Origin: Eledone cirrhosa
Lineage: Eukaryota
Length of the DNA: 64,000 nt
Direction of reading: 5' to 3'
Assembly: GCA_964016885.1 (NCBI GenBank)
Contig: OZ024740.1
Location: 319,734,001 to 319,798,000, forward strand
Position numbers and translations under genes: made by a program. The notes under the pieces are model-generated. The model was not told where the DNA came from. It did no database searches and saw only the letters and a program-made list of their open reading frames with translations. Shown here in pieces: positions 63,964-64,000 of the stretch; position 1 is the stretch's first letter; each line of letters opens with the position of its first letter.

Positions 63964-64000
63964 TATATCCTTTCTTTTTGTTTTTAGTCTGTTCGTGCGA

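Overview
Eukaryotic, repeat-dominated genomic DNA. The dense (TA)n/(TG)n/(CATA)n/(GATA)n microsatellites and the SINE families resemble an octopus/cephalopod genome (inference, not database-checked). Bases 1-~32,030 are one tandem array of about 970 copies of a 33-bp unit (consensus GGCAGTGACGGCGGTGA[C/G]TGTGGTGGTGTTGAT) that runs off the left edge. The array has nested higher-order duplications (22, 71, 79/80, 107 and 275 units). It generates all the giant ORFs; the most plausible coding reading is a minus-strand Thr-rich mucin-like frame (INTTT[V/L]TAVTA)n, but coding is unproven. The right half holds mostly decayed transposons: a maT/mariner pseudogene, hAT and Tc1 MITEs with target-site duplications, and an R4/Dong-type LINE in (CATA)n that lacks its RT catalytic core. 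It also holds a Penelope-like element split by a young non-autonomous LTR element, several Penelope-type palindromes with minimal hammerhead-ribozyme motifs, and a decayed Gypsy pol in which a 49-bp piece of the integrase active-site region has amplified into a minisatellite. SINE clusters, an RTE 3' end and one candidate host terminal exon (42415-42630, minus) complete the window. No rRNA, intact tRNA or CRISPR array was seen.
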